A stretch of DNA of 63,709 nt, counting the filler, from Phoronis australis (taxonomy: Eukaryota > Animalia > Phoronida): NCBI GenBank assembly GCA_002633005.1. It is 8 parts of 8 records of this genome, joined end to end, with 100 filler letters (N's around TTAATTAATTAA, not from the genome) between each part and the next. Parts side by side here need not be neighbours in the genome. Positions count along the whole stretch, not along the records: positions 1 to 7,052 come from NMRA01002078.1; positions 7,153 to 15,256 come from NMRA01001936.1; 6 more parts are not named here. One strand, 5' to 3'. How positions within the stretch are numbered: position 1 is the first letter of the stretch; each line of letters opens with the position of its first letter. The translations under genes and the position numbers were made by a program. The notes under the pieces are model-generated. The model saw nothing but the letters and a program-made list of their open reading frames with translations. It was not told the DNA's origin and did not search any database. This document shows, piece after piece, positions 1 through 13,376 of the stretch.

Positions 1-21
1 TAACGTTTTTTTTTTTTATTT

Positions 22-1109
22 TTTTTTTTTAGTCCTCCCGATTTTTGTCGGGGAAATGTTCACATTGACCGTTTCAAGGCTGGTTATCGGGCATGATTTG
101 GGCCGTAAAAGTTTCCGCGTTTTTTGTCATTGGTCATTCCAAGCCCTGGTATATTTATATGATTTAACAACGGAAGATGACGACTTTTGGACGGATCCGA
201 CTACCGGTGTGCCCCCTAGTGGCAATTTTAATTTTTTACGCTTACCTTTGTATCTTCACAAGTCCTTAACGGATCTTCATGAAATTTGGTATGTAGGCAC
301 CTATTAGTGAGATGACGCTATCCTCCCGTTTTCAGATGGATTTGACATAGTTTGTGCCACGTAGTGGCCATTTTTACTGTTTTCGAGTCTATTTTTGCGT
401 CCACCCCTCTATCAACCAAACCGCTCAAAGGAAATGTGAAAATTGCCGTGTATGTGCTTACTATAAGGAAGACAGCTGACAATGATTTTCAGATGATTTG
501 GACTACTGTGGCGCCTCCTAGTGGCAGTTTCTTTTTTTCGTCGATGGCTGTATCTCCCAAACCGTTTGCAGGATCTTAATTACTAAATTTAGCAAGTGTA
601 TTTATGTGATGTTGGCAACGGACGATGACGACTTTAGAATGATTCTGACTACCGGTATGCCTCTAGTGGCAATTTTAGTATTTGCCTCTAGTGGCAGTTT
701 TAGTATAATTTTTACATTGACCTCTGTATTTTCATAGGTCTTCAGGTGTATACTTTGTGTTACTTTGTGACTATGAAGGAAAAGTTCCAAGTAGAAATTT
801 GTTTCAGGCATTCTAATGCTGTGCTAATCTCGTATGTTTGTTGGTAAATTTGTTTTTAATTCTATGTTTCTGTGGTGCTTTAAGCAACTGGTGTATAGGA
901 TGTGCTTGTATTATGAAGATTACTCACATTTTGCCCCTAGCCTATTGAGGAGACAATGACCATGCCTTTCCATTTTGCTAAGTACAACATACTACATACT
1001 GTATATGCCCTCTACTGGCCACTTTATGGTACCAATAAACAACCCTAGAAGGATACCGTATGCGGTGCAATTGTGGGCGCATTTCAACGCTCTGCGTTGC
1101 TCTTGTTTT
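22..1109 (+). mobile_element. Helentron-associated non-autonomous element (HINE/DINE-1-like) with ~150-bp internal repeats
   Basis: T-run then hairpin CCCGA..TCGGG at the start; four degenerate ~150-bp units (CTAGTGGC-like core at ~209, 354, 511, 657); 3' GTGGGCGCAT (1073-1082), hairpin CAACGC-tct-GCGTTG, then CTCTTGTTTT; 183-441 matches the reverse complement of 61484-61750. Confidence 0.65.
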
Positions 1110-1543
1110 AAAGACTTGGTCATGTAAACTAATCAATGACAGATTGGTATAAAGACAAAAATCAAATTCTAAGGGCCTTCTATATTCAGAAAATACATAA
1201 AAAATGGTAGTTTTGAGATGGCTAAATTTGCGTACTTTTTGATGATGTCCTACAGAAAGTTAAAAGGGGTTTAGTACAATTGGATTTCTGACACTAGCCA
1301 GTGGTAATTAAGCAGCTTTCCCATCAGAACGTTAGAACCAATTTACAAGAGAAGTAAAGTGACGTGGAATGTAATTGCATTCTGTCGTTGCTAACATCTG
1401 ATGGATAGCTTATGGCTGATAGAGATGTGATTTGAAGCCGTTTCCTTTGACTTCTTATTTACTTCAAATTCTGGACGTGATGACATTGACGTACTACTAG
1501 TGGTCGTCAGAATTCTGGCTTAATTTGGCGTTTTTTCCTCCAG

Positions 1544-1726
1544 TTATCAGAAAGCTGACTGAGAAAAGACGTACAGTTGAGGGTAAACTTGAGCGCAGAG
1601 ACATCACTGAGGACTATTCAGAGTATGGCTCACAGTCGTATGCTCCTAAGACACGCATCGGAGTTTTCCTGGACAGAGCCTCGGAGCAATATGTAGTGAA
1701 GAGTCCCTATCTCAGCACATACCAGG
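1544..1726 (+). CDS. CFAP91: Cilia- and flagella-associated protein 91 (AAT1/MAATS1), internal exon
   Basis: ag|TTATC...CAGG|gt; IRKLTEKRRTVEGKLERRDITEDYSEYGSQSYAP; phase matches the next exon. Confidence 0.88.
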
Positions 1727-2121
1727 GTAGGAAATCATGCGCGACAGTTTTTCTTTATTTGTTTCAAACACGCCTTTGTTTATTTCGTTTGCAAGGCTGT
1801 TAACGCTCACAACTTTTGTGTTGTGTTATGTCGTGTTACGTTGGTGGGATGTCATTTTTTGCAACTATTTGCTGTAAACGTGTTGATGCGTTGTTGTGAA
1901 AAGGATTTTGGAAAACATTTTTTGTCAAACTCAGTTCAAACTGTTGCAAATTATGCTAATCATATAATCACTTCTTGCTGATTACCCTTGCTTTTGCGGA
2001 CCCTGCTTCCCACAATGGTACCATTTTAATGGTAGTGACATTACTGCACAGACATTGTGGATTTGAACAAATGAGTGTTATCGTTCATATGATTTAAAGC
2101 CATGTGTTATACTTGTAACAG

Positions 2122-2450
2122 GCTTGCTGGAGTTGGAGGCCTCCATTCCTGACTTTGTCAGTCAGCCCAGGATCAAGGCCCCTAAACCCAATACTGTCAC
2201 CAGTGCTGGATTTGTGAAGCGCAAGTATCGTAAGGACTGCGAGCTCCAGCAGATCCACGAACAGATAATTGCCGACAAGAACCGCCAGGAGGAGCCACTG
2301 AAGCCCCCGCGCTACCTACAGAGAATTCCCAAACCGATCCCTCGTCCGCCAACGCCTGCAGTGGAGGTGCCATCGGATGAGGCAGAGAACCGTGAACTGG
2401 CAGTTATCTTCTTGCAACAAGTGCTGAGGGGACGAGCTATACAGAACATG
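2122..2450 (+). CDS. CFAP91: CFAP91 internal exon
   Basis: GLLELEASIPDFV...PKPIPRPPTP...ELAVIFLQQVLRGRAIQNM; canonical AG/GT. Confidence 0.92.
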
Positions 2451-2920
2451 GTATGTGTGCAGGGGTATTGAGCTCTGTGTTCTTTAAAGAACATGGATTC
2501 AGTTCTTGTGTGTGCTAGATGAAAATGTTTCGTGAAGTTATGAATTTTTCATTGCCAGGAAGCAGTTACATTCAAAAAGTTTTACTGTTGTCTCCTTTTG
2601 GAAGCTGAGATCAACATCCAGTTTTGACTATTCATCTGGTGACAACATTTCGTCAAGCTAAATATTATTTTTGCACAAGTTACATAATCTATAAATCTAG
2701 CTTCTAGTGCCATATCAGGTTATGTTTTAGAAATAAGCACTTCTAGTGAAAGCCATGATTATAACTTCTGGTAAAAATTTGTCTTATTTGCTTATTTTAT
2801 TTTTTCACGGTCATATTGAAATTTTAAAGGGAGCATCACTGACAGTAATGAGAGTGATGGACCATCTTTTGTTATGTCAAACAATGAAGCCAATTTTAAA
2901 ATGATAGACTTTATTTGTAG

Positions 2921-3330
<410 letters not shown>

Positions 3331-3634
3331 ACGTGTGTGTTGATAAGATAGAGGAGGAGAAATATAAGGTTTGGGGAGAGTGTGGAACCTATGGAGCATG
3401 ATGGTACAGTTGGATGGGAAGAGTTGTCAGAACAAAGGGAAAGTGGGAATGTAAAGCCTGGACACTCATGCAATAGGATGGAAAGAGTTTGTGGTGTTGT
3501 GTTTGTGTCTTTCTCTTTGTACAAGAGCCATAGTTGATTCTGCCTGGTGACAGAGTGAGACAAAAGACAATACAACTGCATTTTATCAGTGACAGTTGAA
3601 TCACTAAATATTTCTTAATAATTTTCCATTGTAG

Positions 3635-4018
<384 letters not shown>

Positions 4019-4856
4019 CCGTGCTGACAGTGGAACACAGACTGGGATCTAATCTTCAAAATCAAACTTGGAATTATTTTTCACATTATCGGTGTTGCTT
4101 TTGCACAAACACAAAATAAGTGTATATTGTTCTGTACTCACAGATGAGTGTCCTGTCCATGCTTGCACTTGATGACCTCAAAATTATACTCGGGGTCATC
4201 AAGTGCAAACAGTGGTCCTGTAAACGTAAACCTTAATGTACTCCAGCGCAGACTAATAGAAACTTATCTTAAATTCGCACAAAAGCAGACCAGAAAACAT
4301 TGAAAGTAAGTTTGATTTCAAATACAAAGTGTAAATCCCTGTCTCAGATTAAAGACAGTTTAGATCCAAGGTGTGTATGTTTGTAACATTAACATGAAAG
4401 ATTGCATCTGTGCAGTAGCTCCCCGAGCAACATTGTTAAAGAACAAATGATAGAAAAATTGTTTTAAACTGCAGTCCTTTGAATGTATACTACTTTTGCC
4501 TTTGATGAATGTAGTATACATTCAAAGTAGTGCGATCTAATATGATTTTAATGCAATTCTTGTGCTTAATGTAAAACTATTTTTCTACAACCATAAAAAA
4601 TCTGTATAAGTAATTCCTATTTTCTAGTAAGAAACTGACTATAATATTATTTCTCATCAATTTAATCGATGTGGTAATTATTACTATTAACATTTTTACA
4701 ACAGACACATGTATTTCTATATGCAAGCAATTACATGTAGCTGTAGAAACAAATCGGTAAAAAGCTCTTTGTGTCATTTTTATAAAATATTAAGAGTTAC
4801 GTAAAAAGCAGTAAGTGTTCTGCAAAGGCGGCTTCAAGTTATCACTCTGGCACTAA

Positions 4857-4949
4857 TCACTTACAGGGCCCTTGACTTTTTAGAACCAGTTTGATGTGTT
4901 ATTCAGTAGAGAAAACTGGTTCTCAAATTATGGGACCCCTGTAAGTGAC
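4857..4949. repeat. Short inverted repeat (MITE-like)
   Basis: CACTTACAGGG...AGAACCAGTTT pairs imperfectly with AAACTGGTTCT...CCCTGTAAGTG. Confidence 0.6.
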
Positions 4950-5174
4950 TATAACCCTCACTTTAGTCCCATACATTATTGAGTTCAATCACTTGGTTAA
5001 TCACTGCCTCTACATTTGGTTGCCTTTTTCCTACCACTTAATAGTGCAGCCTGTTCAAGCAGTTGAGAAATAGCTTTAATTCGCTGCACAGATTCTAGCA
5101 ACTTTAATCAGTCGTCATGCAAAGTGAGTAAAGCGCATGCCCTCTCATTGTTTACCCTGTTTCCATGGTAACAG

Positions 5175-5323
5175 GTCATCAAAGTACACCAGACAACCGT
5201 GGACACATACCTGGAGGACATCATCATGGGGTCAGTGGACAGGACGGCAGACGACCAAGCAAGAGATGAGATACAGACTCTGGCCACCAAGATTAACGAC
5301 ATTGCTTATGAAATGGAGGATAG
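5175..5323 (+). CDS. CFAP91: CFAP91 internal exon
   Basis: VIKVHQTTVDTYLEDIIMGSVDRTADDQARDEI...AYEMED; phase 0/2. Confidence 0.9.
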
Positions 5324-6509
5324 GTGGGTGGCGGTTGTGTCAGGCATGCATTGTGTTCTGCCATGCATTGCAGTTTAAAAATGCACAGATTCACCACTGA
5401 GTGGTAATCCTGATCAAATTCTCTCGTCTATCGTGGAAGCAAAGGGATTCTTTATAAAGTCATTAACGGCCAATTGTGTGTTTTGATTGACTGCCTCATT
5501 TTCATCGTATATAATAATAAAAATACATGATCCGTTTTACTTAATTTATCATGGTGGTATATCTAGGTGCTGTATTGTCTTTTACACACCCCAAGATGCA
5601 TGTGTGTTACGAGATTACTACATCAGCCATTGTGAGCATGCGCTACTGTGCTTCTTTCAAGCATGGCTTAAAGTGTAGATACCATAAAACAACATTTACT
5701 GAGAAGTTCCCACTATTTGCAAAAAGGTATCAGTCATTGAGAAATGGTCATTTCATCAATTAGTTTTGATTGAAATAATTGAAAAACTATCGTATATCCT
5801 TGAAACTGTTAGACAATCTACTGTTTATGACGTGAAATGTGATCAGAAACGTGGCTTTAACTGTGAAGTTCATATATTATTCTTCTGTAAGACTGAAGAG
5901 GTCTGAGTAAGTAAACATGCAGTATCGCTTACACATTTGTTTTGCAAATCATTTCATGGATTGTCAATATTGTGATTTTGGCTTGGATATCACAGGAAGT
6001 TGCTTTTATATGATTTAATGGTGGCTTAACTGGCGTGCTTTCTTAGACTATGTAGTAACACTTGATTTGGTCTCATTTACAGAGAGGCTGTATTTTTTTA
6101 GGACACAGGTGTACGTGTCCATGTACTCCCATACTTGCTGTTCACTGAATACCCAGTGCTTCACCAGAGGATTCAAATTTTGCATTCTTTGGTCTGACTA
6201 GTCATCACCTGATTTCTGTTACCATGGCAATTCCACACATAAAGTAAAGGCTGTTACAAATTTCCTTTTGCATTTTGGCAGTTGCTTGTACTTTAAAGAG
6301 GGTGTTTTGTCTGGCGTTGTATAAACTATGAATGAATCACATTACGAATGAATTTTCCATCCTTTCAACTGTTGCCTACCCGTGAATGGGTGACATCGTG
6401 AACGTTTTGCTACTGTTTTGTCCGCCATTTGATTATTGCTGTTGACTGTCTAGGTATTTCCCTGACATTTGTTTGTCAAGTTCTCACACTTCATTTGCTT
6501 GTTCTGCAG

Positions 6510-6601
6510 GAGGACAGAGCTGGAGTCGGAAGAAATCTGCTCCGAGCTGGTACACAGTTTCCTACTACCAGAGATCAATAAAATCACGATGAGAGAGAAA
6601 A
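6510..6601 (+). CDS. CFAP91: CFAP91 internal exon (gene cut off by the contig end)
   Basis: RRTELESEEICSELVHSFLLPEINKITMREK; cag|G...A|gtaagt. Confidence 0.88.
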
Positions 6602-7052
6602 GTAAGTTAATGCACACCCAGGGTTAACGTTTTTCTAACTTGGTAGTGACTTGATCAGGAATGAAAAAATAGTTAAATCATTGTACACTTAACATGAAAA
6701 GTGACAGGCTGACATGTTGAGCCTGGACTTGACTGCTAACAAAGTGTCAGAGCTTTCCAAGCTTGGAAATCACCTCTACTGTTGCTAGGCAACAAGTTCA
6801 TAATGGTAAACTGTCTGAATCAAAAGTTATCTCTTGCAACAGAACCAGATTTATAACCACTAAAACAAAAAATTTTTGCTAAACTGATTTTACGCTAAAA
6901 TATTATCTGGAGTTGCTGCAGTCATTAGTTAAAACTGATAATTGTCCCAACAGCCCCCCTCCCCCGCCAAACATAGGCCCATGAGCCTGATATGTTTTTG
7001 AATTTTTTTAATATAGATGGACAGTTTTAGTTATTATTAAGCAAAAGGGCTG

Positions 7053-7152
7053 NNNNNNNNNNNNNNNNNNNNNNNNNNNNNNNNNNNNNNNNNNNNTTAA
7101 TTAATTAANNNNNNNNNNNNNNNNNNNNNNNNNNNNNNNNNNNNNNNNNNNN
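7053..7152. other. Artificial contig linker N44-TTAATTAATTAA-N44
   Basis: The same 100-nt linker occurs at 15257, 20638, 24790, 31230, 40720 and 61384; it puts stops in all six frames. Confidence 0.97.
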
Positions 7153-7596
7153 ATGACAGGACTATCAATGCTCGGGAATGGGGTCTCAGTGACATTTTTG
7201 GAAGTGATGAAAAATGTGAATAGTTCTTCTAATTAGTTTAATTAATATGTGTACATAGCACTGAAAGTGAGTGTCTATTATTTAGCATTACTTGTTCTGA
7301 CACTCCTAAAGATAGATGGCTCATAATGATGGCAGTGTTGTAAAGTGGTCAACCTAAGTTAGTCAGTTGGCAAATCTGGTTATGTGCAATACGTTTTCTG
7401 TACCGACTTACTTGTTTCAAGATGCATTTTGGTAATTGAAATTGGTTTCAAATTTGTTGATAAACCACTTTAAATCTGTAAGTTTTATCTTTAATTGCAA
7501 AATACAGAAAGTCAGCCTCATATCTTGTGAAGTTGTTGTTTGATATTTAGGCTGATTGAGGGATGCTAACAATTGCACTGTCTTGTTGTTTTTCAG

Positions 7597-7689
7597 AAGT
7601 TTTATTTGGACTTGAGGAAGTCACACCAAACCTCTAGTAGTACACCTATTACCACCCGCCAGCTGGAGTCACTGATTAGACTGACAGAG
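7597..7689 (+). CDS. MCM8: DNA helicase MCM8, internal exon (AAA+ lid region)
   Basis: [31 protein letters not shown] (MCM [11 protein letters not shown] motif); cag|..|gtaag. Confidence 0.92.
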
Positions 7690-8074
7690 GTAAGACCTAC
7701 AAGCAGTTTTCTGCTAATTGGCACTGCCCTGCATGAATGCAATTTTCTGTTGTCTCAAAAACCTAAGAGCACCAGTTTTGTTGCTTCTGTTCAAGATTTG
7801 GTTTGCCTTTCTTTCTGAAAGATGTCATGTGTCTTCCTGTTTGGGAAAGCTCTGTTGACTTGTTATGGACCCTCCACCCTCTAGAGGCTAGTTCTTACTA
7901 TTTTTGCTCCCTTTAGTGGGATTGTTTAAAAAAAAGAACGTCCCTTGTATCTGCACTGTATGCGATGCACATTGTGGGCACATATCAATGCTCCGTGTTG
8001 CTCCTGTTACTTGCTGCCAACTTAGACATGAGATTGGTTATTGGTAACACATGATTTTTGTTTCCACCTTTAAG

Positions 8075-8151
8075 GCAAGAGCTCGTCTTGAGTTAAGAGA
8101 GGTGGCCACAGAACAAGATGCACAGGATGTGGTGGAGATTATGAAATACAG
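8075..8151 (+). CDS. MCM8: MCM8 internal exon
   Basis: ARARLELREVATEQDAQDVVEIMKY; phase 0/2. Confidence 0.92.
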
Positions 8152-8197
8152 GTATCATGTGACGACTTGTGTGACTGAGAGCGTGGTGGAGATTATG

Positions 8198-9261
8198 CAG
8201 GCGAAAATCTCCACTCAAAAATATGAGTTACGATATCGTTGATCTTGTATTCCCAAATTTTCCCTTGTAAGAGGTGACAACCAAAAAAATAAGAACTGTG
8301 TCCGTCGCTTGTGCGAGTGAACCAATTTTGCGCTCATATTTTTACTGTTTTCACTCGTATTTTTTATCGTTTCACTCGGAATTTTAAGTTGCTGGGAGTT
8401 AAAGTTGTCGCCAGTGGTCGCTGGGAACTTTGTGTTTTTAGCATTTTTTGCAGTGCATTAAAAATGGACACTTACAGGATTAAAGTCAACCACAATCTCA
8501 CATATGACGCTACATCAAATTTATTCTTCGTAACTATTCTTTTCTCTCAGTTTTAAGAGCCAAATCTCGCCCTTGTTCACATCCAAGCCAATAAGTAACA
8601 GAAACTGTACATCTGACTTTCTGTAGTTGATCATTTTTCCATATATGGCACTTATTCAGTGCTGAGGGTGCAGCTGGAATCACCCAATAAGGGATTCCAC
8701 ACGATTTCGATTAAAAGTATTTTGAGGCTTTATATCATGCAAAACTAGTTATTGAATACGTAACGAACATTCGACACAAGATTTTTTCTCCTGTTAAATT
8801 TGCACTGCATCAGTCTCGCGCATCAATATGTCATGCGGCTTGAGCATATAATGTTTCGTGGGCATTCTTTTTTCTTGACAGTAAGGTTTTCAATTGTATG
8901 AGTTGCAAAATTTGATTCAAATGTTTACCTTATCTATCAGCTGCATGATTTTTCAAAATGTGATGGCGATGCTTTTTTCAAAACTGTTCGCTACGTTTTC
9001 AGTCATCATTCGAACATGTCACAGGGGCAGTGGCCAAACAGGTCGTAGCAACATGTTAAAACAGGTTATGGAGAACACTGCTCACACAATCACTTGGTCT
9101 ACTTCCGTTTTTTTTTTCGGAGATGCAGTTGTTAGGAACAGGGACAGTAGTCTGCTCAGCACCGATACCAGTGATAAGAGTGAGGTCAATTTTTTGCTCG
9201 TATTTTATGTTTAAGTTTCCACTCGTATTTTTGAGTGCTTGCTCGCCTATATTGGTCCCTG
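8198..9261. mobile_element. Non-autonomous DNA transposon in an MCM8 intron
   Basis: CAGG...CCTG termini; subterminal inverted match CACTCAAAAATATGAGT / ACTCGTATTTTTGAGTG; flanked by TTATG on both sides. Confidence 0.6.
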
Positions 9262-9854
9262 TTATGAAGTATAGGTAATTGATGTCTTATGTGCATGGGG
9301 GTGTAGTGAACTTATGAAGTGAAGGTTGGTGGTGATATTTTGTTGTGTGGTAATGAGTCGTGGATTAATGTGAGTTGACGACACTGTATGGTCCTGACTC
9401 TCGTTGGACTGTAGGAGAGTTGTCTGGCAGTATCCAGCTTGCATGGCCATCACTCTCGTTGACACTGATTGTTGTTGACTCATGGTGGAGAATAGCAACA
9501 TTGTCGGGCAGTATCACCACCCTTGTTCTGCGGGTGTCAAATTTCCCACTATTCAGCCTTCATGCCTCTGATGTTGAATTTTCTTAGGTCTAAACATGAT
9601 GAACATGTCCGTTGTACAGCTAATGAATGAAAGACGTGGTATAATACCTACGGAACATAATCCTTAACACTTAGATCGTTCAGTGCAGAATTTGTGTTTT
9701 GATTAAGCTGTTTTAAAATGGTCGTTAATTAGGCTCATGAATCTGTCATTCCAACATTGGTTAACAAGTATGAGCCCATGCAGAGGATTCATTACTCTAT
9801 GTTTATGAAAACTTCAGGTTAGTGTTCATTACTGTTTGATGCTTGTCCTTCCAG

Positions 9855-9939
9855 CATGATTGATGTCTATAGTGATGAACATGGTCTCCTGGACTTTCAT
9901 CGGTCTCAGCATGGGTCAGGCATGAGTGGTCGATCTAAG
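9855..9939 (+). CDS. MCM8: MCM8 internal exon
   Basis: SMIDVYSDEHGLLDFHRSQHGSGMSGRSK (MCM8-typical DFxRSQHGSGMS). Confidence 0.93.
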
Positions 9940-10441
9940 GTGAGTGTTTCGATTAGTTGTATGGAGGGCATGTGCTCACTGTTTTTATGTTCAACTATTT
10001 CATGAAAGAGTTTCACGCATCTTGGTTTTTCAGCACACTCAATCTAACATTGGGTATCTTAAAATCAGATTTTTCAAAATTCACCTAAGATTTCTCTGTA
10101 ATTGAATGTGTCAATGAGTACAAAACTCCACTCAATGTTTTAGCTGAATTTTGTTTTGTTGGATAATAACTGTTGCAACTCTAACAAACATCTTTTGGTA
10201 AATCACCAAGTATATTGAATGTGCTTAGCAAAATTGTGGCAAAATGACTATGGGAACAAATTGTCAAAGTATCTCATTGGAACTTAAAACGCATGAAACT
10301 TGTGCGCGGTACTCCTAGAAAGTTATCTCATCTCATGACCATCTTACACTATAGTACCCCAACTGTGCACTGTGCTCCTAAATGCACAGACCTGTCGATA
10401 AGGTTTTGCATAGCCTTAATTACTATTTCCTTATTCTACAG

Positions 10442-10531
10442 CCCAAGAAGTTCATCTCTGCTCTTCAGAGTGTGAGCGAGACCACCTACAACTCCTTGTT
10501 TACTATTCAGCAGATGTACGAGATTGCTAAG
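10442..10531 (+). CDS. MCM8: MCM8 near-terminal exon (last exon presumably in the 10947-11836 gap)
   Basis: PKKFISALQSVSETTYNSLFTIQQMYEIAK; cag|..|gtaagt. Confidence 0.88.
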
Positions 10532-10836
10532 GTAAGTGTTGACATCAATTTTCACTTTGTGCCTGCTGAAGCCATGTGGAAGTGGTGTTCTATTGAGGGA
10601 AGGAATGAGAGAATTATCTTATCTTGAAACTAATATTGTCTTCTGCCAGATATCCAAGGTGCATGTTGAACCTGAGGGAACTCAAGATGTGAGTGATCTT
10701 CCTTACTGTCATATGGGGATATTATTTATTGTGCTGTAGGGCTCCCTTGGTCATGTTGATCATATTTTTTTTCTGTTATTTCTTAATTTTCTGTCTAAAC
10801 TTTGTTTCGTGGCACATCTACATTCCTAGCGTGTCA

Positions 10837-10946
10837 GAGAACTGGGCTTCACAGCTCATTCATGTAGTGTGTGTGTGAGAACTGGGCTTCACAGCTCGTT
10901 CATATAGTGTGTGTGAGAACTGGGCTTCACAGCTCGTTCATATAGT
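10837..10946 (+). repeat. 38-40-bp minisatellite running into a gap
   Basis: GAGAACTGGGCTTCACAGCTC..TAGTGTGTGT x3. Confidence 0.9.
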
Positions 10947-12589
10947 NNNNNNNNNNNNNNNNNNNNNNNNNNNNNNNNNNNNNNNNNNNNNNNNNNNNNN
11001 NNNNNNNNNNNNNNNNNNNNNNNNNNNNNNNNNNNNNNNNNNNNNNNNNNNNNNNNNNNNNNNNNNNNNNNNNNNNNNNNNNNNNNNNNNNNNNNNNNNN
11101 NNNNNNNNNNNNNNNNNNNNNNNNNNNNNNNNNNNNNNNNNNNNNNNNNNNNNNNNNNNNNNNNNNNNNNNNNNNNNNNNNNNNNNNNNNNNNNNNNNNN
11201 NNNNNNNNNNNNNNNNNNNNNNNNNNNNNNNNNNNNNNNNNNNNNNNNNNNNNNNNNNNNNNNNNNNNNNNNNNNNNNNNNNNNNNNNNNNNNNNNNNNN
11301 NNNNNNNNNNNNNNNNNNNNNNNNNNNNNNNNNNNNNNNNNNNNNNNNNNNNNNNNNNNNNNNNNNNNNNNNNNNNNNNNNNNNNNNNNNNNNNNNNNNN
11401 NNNNNNNNNNNNNNNNNNNNNNNNNNNNNNNNNNNNNNNNNNNNNNNNNNNNNNNNNNNNNNNNNNNNNNNNNNNNNNNNNNNNNNNNNNNNNNNNNNNN
11501 NNNNNNNNNNNNNNNNNNNNNNNNNNNNNNNNNNNNNNNNNNNNNNNNNNNNNNNNNNNNNNNNNNNNNNNNNNNNNNNNNNNNNNNNNNNNNNNNNNNN
11601 NNNNNNNNNNNNNNNNNNNNNNNNNNNNNNNNNNNNNNNNNNNNNNNNNNNNNNNNNNNNNNNNNNNNNNNNNNNNNNNNNNNNNNNNNNNNNNNNNNNN
11701 NNNNNNNNNNNNNNNNNNNNNNNNNNNNNNNNNNNNNNNNNNNNNNNNNNNNNNNNNNNNNNNNNNNNNNNNNNNNNNNNNNNNNNNNNNNNNNNNNNNN
11801 NNNNNNNNNNNNNNNNNNNNNNNNNNNNNNNNNNNNGGCGCGCGCCTCGTTACTCGGCCTAGTCGGCTAAAGCAGTGCCGACTGCCAGGCGGTGATGCAA
11901 TAGAAACAGAAACTTGGGCGATCAATGGTAGATTTTTTTCTGATACAGGCCATGCCCGCGAACTCGGCCAAGAAGACACGAAATGACATTCACAGTTTTT
12001 CGCCAACATATCGAGGATTCTTTGACGGATGCGAAAAGGAGTGAATTCACGCACTAGCCTTTTTGGCGCCCGAAACAGGCCCTTTGATGAGCCCCGCCTC
12101 TCTGCAAGACTATATATATACTTCATCTAGTCGCCACTAGTCGGCCCGGGGCCCCGGCCTGCCAATCGTCGGTACTGAGGCACTCACAATTACTAAATGT
12201 AAGAACCTCTAATGGGCAAATGGGTACGTGCAACTGGTGCATTTTGACACTTGACCACATTTTGACTCGACGTTTTCAGTTCGGCAGTGCATGCTATGGT
12301 TTGCTGTTTTTTTGTTTTTTTGTTTTTTTTTACAAAAATTCAGTGCTCTGAATAGCTGCGGAGGCTGAGCAGAAATGGTTAACATGCATGTCTTACTGTT
12401 ATTGAGCACTGCACGAGAAAATTCGCTTCCACAATTTTTACTTGGGTGTCCGCTGGGGTTGCTAATTACACAGTTTGCAAGATCATGTAAATAGTTTGTT
12501 TACAGCCGTTCACCCGTGTCTTTTGCCGCAGCCCCACTGGGCGGCCTGTCGGCTGGTAGACCTATTCTGATAATGTTATTATTTCTGAG

Positions 12590-12727
12590 CACAACAAGAT
12601 GGCTGCGCCCATCGTTGAAGTCAGTTGGCCGACAGAATCTATTTAAAGTTCTTAATTAAACAATATTTATCTGTCAGTCATGTGTAAACAGTTGCGTGGA
12701 AGAAAATAATTCTGGAAGAGAATCCAG
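12590..12727 (+). promoter_or_regulatory. Probable non-coding first exon / promoter of ABCB10
   Basis: YY1/TISU-like CAAGATGGCTGC near 12595; donor CAG|GTGCGT at 12727; polypyrimidine acceptor TTTCAG at 13278, upstream of the ATG at 13377. Confidence 0.45.
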
Positions 12728-13376
12728 GTGCGTTTTTACACTAACTGCCTTGCTCTGTGTTGTCAGAAACCAGTCCCGGCTTTACTAGGGCGACTTGTGC
12801 CGACTGAGAGTTGTGGCTGTCCTGGGCGACTGGGGCTGGGCTGGGGCTTGGCCTGAGCAACGCCAACGTGTAGTCGTGACCTACAGGCATACACGAGCGA
12901 TATTGCCTAATACCAACCATGACACAGAGTCTGTGAAGTTTACTAAAACAAGGCAGTATGAGAAACAGACATTCGTTTTTGCCTTACCATTGTTACCATA
13001 GACACCCAGTTTATGGTACACAGTTCACTGTGCCACAGTGAACTGTGGCTTTTAAAGTGGCTACAGTAATCCTGTCTTCCATCAAAAAGTAACTTAAAAT
13101 TTAGACGACTTACTGCAATCTGTTACTAACCTATATGGAAGGTGCCTCTTTGGAATTTAGTTTAAAGTGTTAGTCTAAAACTATATTCACAAGGCTGTAC
13201 GTGATGTGAACAGATACGCAGAAGTGCATGAGAAATCCTGTCTACACTTTTGATGTCTTATATCCTTTACTTTTCAGCCAGCCTGCCTTTGATGATTTTG
13301 TTGAAGCCCTGTCCTGGGAATGCATTCATGTGACGGCATATAGGCAAGAAACTAAGTGCGTTGGTGACATAACAAG

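Noticed and set aside
6510-7689. Apparent CFAP91-MCM8 fusion on the same strand
   Set aside because: The two are separated by an artificial linker and both genes are incomplete.
8152-8160. MCM8 donor GTATCATG as a U12 site
   Set aside because: It departs from GTATCCTT at positions +6 and +8, and there is no CCTTAAC branch site near the acceptor at 9854.
10909-12126. Long ORFs of 317 and 399 aa (also 28132-28498)
   Set aside because: They read through runs of N.
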